Of a stretch of 9,716 bases of DNA, positions 5,813 to 9,716 are shown in pieces. The DNA is taken from contig NZ_CBDDRA010000004.1 in NCBI RefSeq assembly GCF_965232925.1, positions 26,506 to 36,221 of the forward strand, in the 5' to 3' direction. The DNA is from Tumidithrix helvetica PCC 7403. Its GTDB lineage: Bacteria; Cyanobacteriota; Cyanobacteriia; Pseudanabaenales; Pseudanabaenaceae. Below the pieces are notes generated by a model. That model was not told where the DNA came from, ran no database searches, and was given only the letters and a program-made list of their open reading frames with translations. How positions within the stretch are numbered: position 1 is the first letter of the stretch; each line of letters begins with the position of its first letter. The position numbers were made by a program, and so were the translations under genes.

Positions 5813-7458
5813 TATGAATTCTCACTGGTTAATGCATTTACAATTTCCTTGCCAACTTCCTTGAAATCGTCACGATCGCTCAATCCCAAATCGAAGATTT
5901 CCTGCAACTGGGGAATAGAATAACCATCGACAAACTGTCTGAAGGATTGACTAAACGGCGTTTGGGGTGACAGATTTACATCCATGGGCGATCGCTGCTG
6001 TTGATACACCTGCAACATCCGTTCCACAACCACAGGAATTTCCTCGACGGGCACTGCTCGCAATAGCGGTCGTCCAAAGGATGAATTCAGCGCTCGATCT
6101 CTTGCTCCCACATAAATGTCATAGGCTTCGAGCGATCGCTCCTCCTTCACAATCTCAGTTCCCACTAGGGCAATGTCACTGTGACGATACTGAGCGCAGG
6201 ACTTAGTACAGCCACTAAAATGAATCTCGATCGGTCGATCTAGGCTCACTCGTTGCTCTAAAGTTTTCACGAGTTCTAGAGCATGGTCTTGGGTATGGGT
6301 CGCGGCTGACGCACAGCCCCCTCGTCCCGTACAGGCAACCATTCCACTATCTAGGTGCGTAGCTGACCAGTGCAGTCCCAAGTCAGCAATCTCTGTTTGC
6401 AGAGCCAGTAAGCGATCGCTGGGAATATTCGCGATCAGAATATTTTGCCAAGGTGTTAGCCGCAATTCCCCACCACCGTAGGTTTGCGCTAGCGCTGCTA
6501 AGCTGCGTAACTGGGAAGATGTGATGCGCCCAAGGGGCAAGGCAATTCCCAAATAAAACAGGTTTGGCTGAGACTGAGCGTGACTGCCAAGACGATCGAA
6601 GGATTCGTCAAAGGATTCGTCAGCGATCGCTTCTGGGGAAGCTTCACTCCTTGTTAAAGGAAAAGATAGAAGCTGTTGCACCCGTTCCAAATAATGCTCT
6701 ACGCCCCAATCGGATAAAAGATGGCGCAGACGGGGCTTACGATTGCTGGGATAGGCTTCACGCTTCAGATCGATATAGTCCAGATACACTTGAGCGAGGG
6801 CGGCTAACAGGGATACCGTTTGCTCTGGCGCGATCGCGATGTTTGTCATACTCCTGCGATCGACTTCTACATTCAAATGTAGCCGAAACAAGATCTCTGA
6901 AGCATTGCCTGATTTCCGATTCGGGATTCGATCGGGGTTTTGCTCAGCGACGAAGGTAATATCATTGCGGAGATTTCGGACTGAAACAGATTCCCCACCA
7001 TCAAAGCAAACACTAAACTTAGGGGAGAGGTTAGCTAATTCGAGGTGAGTTTGCAAATAGTCATCCCAAGCCTTTACCAAGGGACGAGTATCGAGCCGAC
7101 TATGGGGATCGATCCCTGCCGTGGGACTTACCATCATATTGCGAATGGGGTCGATGCCGATCTCGCGAGGCGCTAAGCCCAAGTTTTGTAAGTGGTGAAA
7201 GCTTTCTGGGGCGATCGCTGTTTGAACTCCTCGAATTTGAAGATTGGCGCGATTGGTCACTTGGACACAACCATCTCCATAGCGATCGGTCAGGTCGGCG
7301 ATCGCTTTACATTGCGGCTGGTTAAGAATTCCTCCCACAATCCGCATGCGCGTCAAAACGCCATCTTTGGCAACGGAACCATAAAATAATCCTGGGCAGA
7401 TTGGTAATTTCGCGTTTACATCAATCTGCAATTCGGGTATTTGTTTAGAATGTGACAA
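5812..7458 (-). CDS. cobG: Precorrin-3B synthase-like protein (CobG family; nitrite/sulfite-reductase-like ferredoxin half-domains)
   Basis: CobG-type N-terminus: CPGLFYGSVAKDGVLTRMRIVGGIL...VQVTNRANLQIRGV. A Cys cluster lies in the second half: CTGRGGC (C-x5-C) and GCTKSC (C-x3-C). The start codon is TTG (7458-7456), preceded by GGAGGAG 8 nt upstream. There is no in-frame ATG before the conserved CPGLF motif. Confidence 0.8.
   Translation of the reverse strand: MSHSKQIPELQIDVNAKLPICPGLFYGSVAKDGVLTRMRIVGGILNQPQCKAIADLTDRYGDGCVQVTNRANLQIRGVQTAIAPESFHHLQNLGLAPREIGIDPIRNMMVSPTAGIDPHSRLDTRPLVKAWDDYLQTHLELANLSPKFSVCFDGGESVSVRNLRNDITFVAEQNPDRIPNRKSGNASEILFRLHLNVEVDRRSMTNIAIAPEQTVSLLAALAQVYLDYIDLKREAYPSNRKPRLRHLLSDWGVEHYLERVQQLLSFPLTRSEASPEAIADESFDESFDRLGSHAQSQPNLFYLGIALPLGRITSSQLRSLAALAQTYGGGELRLTPWQNILIANIPSDRLLALQTEIADLGLHWSATHLDSGMVACTGRGGCASAATHTQDHALELVKTLEQRVSLDRPIEIHFSGCTKSCAQYRHSDIALVGTEIVKEERSLEAYDIYVGARDRALNSSFGRPLLRAVPVEEIPVVVERMLQVYQQQRSPMDVNLSPQTPFSQSFRQFVDGYSIPQLQEIFDLGLSDRDDFKEVGKEIVNALTSENS
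6599..6622. repeat. Perfect 12-bp tandem duplication (aaggattcgtca x2) inside cobG, encoding DESF-DESF in the interdomain linker
   Basis: Read directly from the sequence: 6599-6610 equals 6611-6622. It is in frame, and the protein reads ...IADESFDESFDRL... Confidence 0.9.
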
Positions 7459-7504
7459 CGAACTATCTCCTCCCTGTGCGACGCAGGGAAATAAGATTCA
7501 AACA

Positions 7505-7640
7505 TTAAGCGTCAAACACTTAGGGGAGCGGCATTCTGGCTTTTACAGTTGCGGCACAGCGTCGGAATCACACCAAACTTTCCCGTCCCCCAGTCTTTGA
7601 AACCTATCACAAGCTGACTACCAAAAGCCTGCGATCGGCA
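7505..7640 (-). promoter_or_regulatory. Cobalamin (B12) riboswitch in the cobG leader, compact form without an obvious P6 extension
   Basis: The minus-strand RNA reads ...GACUGGGGGACGGGAAAGUUUGGUGUGAUUCCGACGCUGUGCCGCAACUGUAAAAGCCAGAAUGCCGCUCCCCUAAGU... The conserved core elements are present: GGGAA-N-GGUG-N-UUCC (7584 downwards), GCCGCAACUGU (to 7545), and a B12-box-like AGCCAGAAUGCC (7541-7530). It lies 50-180 nt upstream of the cobG TTG start, in front of B12 biosynthesis genes. The exact P1 boundaries are uncertain. Confidence 0.8.
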
Positions 7641-7718
7641 CTTTTCTTAACGAAATCTTGGGTGATGTTATAATTTTTTCAGCCTTCATAGGGAGAAAAC
7701 CAGAAATTCATCGGGTAG

Positions 7719-9221
7719 TTAGATGAACTTAATTTTTTGAGCGGCATACAAGCACATTCGCAAAAGCACCAAGCCTTCTTTAAAGTGGGCAATATTAGAT
7801 TGTCCGTAGGTACGAGGCTGATACCTCACAGGCACTTCCACAATATGTAGTCCTAGCTTTGCCGCCCCAAACAGCAAATCAAAGTCCCCAAACGGATCGA
7901 AGTCCCCAAAATAGCTGCGATTGGCAACGATGCGTTCGTAGTCAGAGCGCCATAACACCTTTGTGCCACAGAGGGTATCTTTGAGCGATTGTCCCAGCAA
8001 ATATGAGAAGGCGATCGCAAAAAACTTGTTTGCTAGGGTATTTAACCAAGGCATCGCTTTGCCCGATCGCGGATAAACAAGACGAGAACCATTAATAAAT
8101 TCGCCTCTACCCAAAGCAATTACCTGAACAAATTGCGACAAGTCCTCTGGTTGTACGGTTAAATCGGCATCAAGAATCATCAGGATGTCGCCCGTTGCTT
8201 CGGCAAATCCCAATCTCACAGCATCGGCTTTCCCCTTGCCTTTTTGCTGCATACTTTTAAAAGTGAATTGTGCAGCGCCACGCTCTTCTTGCCTATTTTG
8301 AGCCTCTGCAACAACCCGTTGAATCTCTTCCCAAGTATTATCTTGCGAATGTCCTTCCACGAAAATAATTTCTGTGTGTTTCCCTAAAGCTGGCATGCGC
8401 TCTACAGCCGCTTGAATATTTCCTGCCTCATTCCGCGCTGGAATCACTACACTTACTGAATAATTAGCGATCGCTTCGGTAGCACTGGAAATCGTAGGGC
8501 GGGCAATAATATAGTTCGTCAGGCTGAGATTATCAATAACAGGCAGTTGACAAATATAACGGTTGATAAAGTTGGCAAGCAATGGAATCCACTTTGGGCA
8601 GAGGAATCGCTTCCCCATTTTGACCGTACTATAGCCAGTTACCATCAGTAGGTTCAGCACATCATGTAGGGATAGCCAATTTTGCGGTGGCTGGGGGCGT
8701 CGTTGTCCGATCAGTTCGGCTAAATGCAAAAGCCCCTCCCACTGATAGTTATGGAAGACGAGAACGATCCGCGTGCGCGGATGGCAAAAGGCTTGGAGCC
8801 GATCGAGTACCGACTGAATATCGTTAAGATAACCTAGAACCCCTGCGAGGAGAATAAAATCAAATTTTTCAGATTCTAAATCTTCGGGTGTAAGAGCCTC
8901 GGCATCAAGACAGTAAAAACGCAAGTCAGAGGGCTGAGAGTCCTTGGGTTGAGATGCAATCGGGTTGGTTTGATGTTTTTCCTGTGCGATCGCAATGGCA
9001 GATGGGGCAAAGTCAATCCCCATACCCAAGCTAGGCTTAACGGCAGCGAGTAGACTGCCCGTGCCACAGCCAATCTCAAGTACCTTACTACCCTGTGGAA
9101 CCAAATATTGGTGTAACTTTTGGATATCCTCGTAGTAATAATGATTGCGATCGCTCCACCAATCTAAATCAGGGGCAATCTGCTCAAAATACGATTGAAT
9201 TTTATCTTTAAACCTGTCCAT
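7719..9221 (-). CDS. Bifunctional class I SAM-dependent methyltransferase / family 2 glycosyltransferase fusion
   Basis: The N-terminal ~230 aa carry methyltransferase motif I (KVLEIGCGTGSLL). The C-terminal ~270 aa carry GT-A/GT2 motifs: VSVVIPARNEAGNI, GKGKADAVRLGF, GDILMILDADL (DxD). The tracked ORF begins with TTG at 9224. The adjacent ATG at 9221 is the more likely start. Confidence 0.85.
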   Translation of the reverse strand: MDRFKDKIQSYFEQIAPDLDWWSDRNHYYYEDIQKLHQYLVPQGSKVLEIGCGTGSLLAAVKPSLGMGIDFAPSAIAIAQEKHQTNPIASQPKDSQPSDLRFYCLDAEALTPEDLESEKFDFILLAGVLGYLNDIQSVLDRLQAFCHPRTRIVLVFHNYQWEGLLHLAELIGQRRPQPPQNWLSLHDVLNLLMVTGYSTVKMGKRFLCPKWIPLLANFINRYICQLPVIDNLSLTNYIIARPTISSATEAIANYSVSVVIPARNEAGNIQAAVERMPALGKHTEIIFVEGHSQDNTWEEIQRVVAEAQNRQEERGAAQFTFKSMQQKGKGKADAVRLGFAEATGDILMILDADLTVQPEDLSQFVQVIALGRGEFINGSRLVYPRSGKAMPWLNTLANKFFAIAFSYLLGQSLKDTLCGTKVLWRSDYERIVANRSYFGDFDPFGDFDLLFGAAKLGLHIVEVPVRYQPRTYGQSNIAHFKEGLVLLRMCLYAAQKIKFI

Positions 9222-9395
9222 CAACTTAAAAATTACTTAATTTACCTTGTACAGGCTTTGTAGGATCGCGGTTTTGAGTTTAACTCAATATCATCCCATG
9301 CTAGATATTCATAAAACATAACCGAGAGATCGCTTCATTATTGCTGACCGCTACATACCCTTTTTCGGTAAACTAAAAAGTTACTTAACTGTTTC

Positions 9396-9401
9396 TATAA
9401 T
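9396..9401 (+). promoter_or_regulatory. Candidate -10 box (perfect TATAAT) for tpiA
   Basis: TATAAT at 9396-9401 lies 24 nt upstream of the proposed tpiA TTG start, with AGGGG (9410-9414) as a possible Shine-Dalgarno. No convincing -35 element is present. Confidence 0.35.
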
Positions 9402-9424
9402 TTACATTCAGGGGTAATCAAGCA

Positions 9425-9716
9425 TTGCGTAAGATTGTCATTGCTGGCAACTGGAAAATGTACAAAACCCAGTCTGAAGCAAAAGCCTTTTTTGCTGAAT
9501 TCCCAGCACAGCTTAACGCTACAGCAAAAGCCGCAAGCGTAACCAACCAACAAATCCTTATTTGTGTCCCATTTACCGATCTAGCGATTTCGCAAGCGAT
9601 CGCCAGTTCGAGCGCATCACCTAGCATCCATATCGGCGCACAGAACCTGCATTGGGGCGATAGTGGCGCATTCACGGGTGAAATTGCCGCCCCCATGCTG
9701 GTTGAATTGGGGATCA
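9425..9716 (+). CDS. tpiA: Triosephosphate isomerase, N-terminal part (continues beyond the window)
   Basis: The translation is (M)RKIVIAGNWKMYKTQSEAKAFF...ILICVPFTDL...IHIGAQNLHWGDSGAFTGEIAAPMLVELGI. This carries the TIM signatures AGNWKM and GAQN...GA(F/Y)TGEI. The frame opens only after TAA at 9398-9400 and holds no ATG before the conserved core, so TTG 9425 is the probable start. Confidence 0.9.
   Translation, partial: MRKIVIAGNWKMYKTQSEAKAFFAEFPAQLNATAKAASVTNQQILICVPFTDLAISQAIASSSASPSIHIGAQNLHWGDSGAFTGEIAAPMLVELGI

Noticed and set aside
5967-7389. Plus-strand ORFs inside cobG (5967..6206, 6564..6959, 6839..7048, 7192..7389)
   Set aside because: They are antisense to the well-supported cobG frame and carry no motifs.
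7669-7674. Perfect TATAAT on the plus strand between the MT-GT2 stop and the riboswitch
   Set aside because: It points into the 3' end of the MT-GT2 gene in antisense orientation and has no downstream plus-strand gene. On the relevant minus strand the same spot reads TATAAC, which is only a weak -10 candidate for the cobG leader, so I made no promoter call.
7685-7715. Direct repeat TTCATAGGG / TTCATCGGG just downstream of the MT-GT2 stop
   Set aside because: It is a short 8-of-9 direct repeat that forms no hairpin, and no function can be inferred.
8876-9079. 67-aa minus-strand ORF inside the MT-GT2 gene, in another frame
   Set aside because: It starts at a TTG, lies fully within the longer motif-bearing frame, and its product is low in complexity.
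9418-9696. 92-aa minus-strand ORF at the right end of the window
   Set aside because: The plus strand here encodes an unmistakable triosephosphate isomerase N-terminus, so the minus-strand ORF is its antisense shadow.

Overview
This is a cyanobacterial chromosomal segment. I counted at least 24 perfect HIP1 octamers (GCGATCGC) by eye. Left to right the window holds: (1) the 3' part of a long TPR-repeat gene made of twelve 126-bp tandem units; (2) an AT-rich islet with an xisH/xisI cassette in which xisH is an internally deleted relic, an orphan membrane-anchored ORF, and a ghost copy of the cobK 5' end; (3) cobK, convergent with a minus-strand corrin ring-contraction operon cobG-cobI-(cbiG-like/cobJ fusion), which is preceded by a compact cobalamin riboswitch; (4) a SAM-methyltransferase/GT2 glycosyltransferase fusion gene upstream on the same strand; (5) the 5' part of tpiA. 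I found no CRISPR array, tRNA, rRNA or transposase. The points most worth a second look are the decayed xisH beside an intact xisI, the cobK 5' ghost that differs from the live gene only at synonymous sites, the minimal riboswitch architecture, the CobG plus CbiG-type combination in one operon, and the recombination-prone TPR array whose N-terminal effector lies off-window. All family assignments come from motif recognition by eye. No database search was run.
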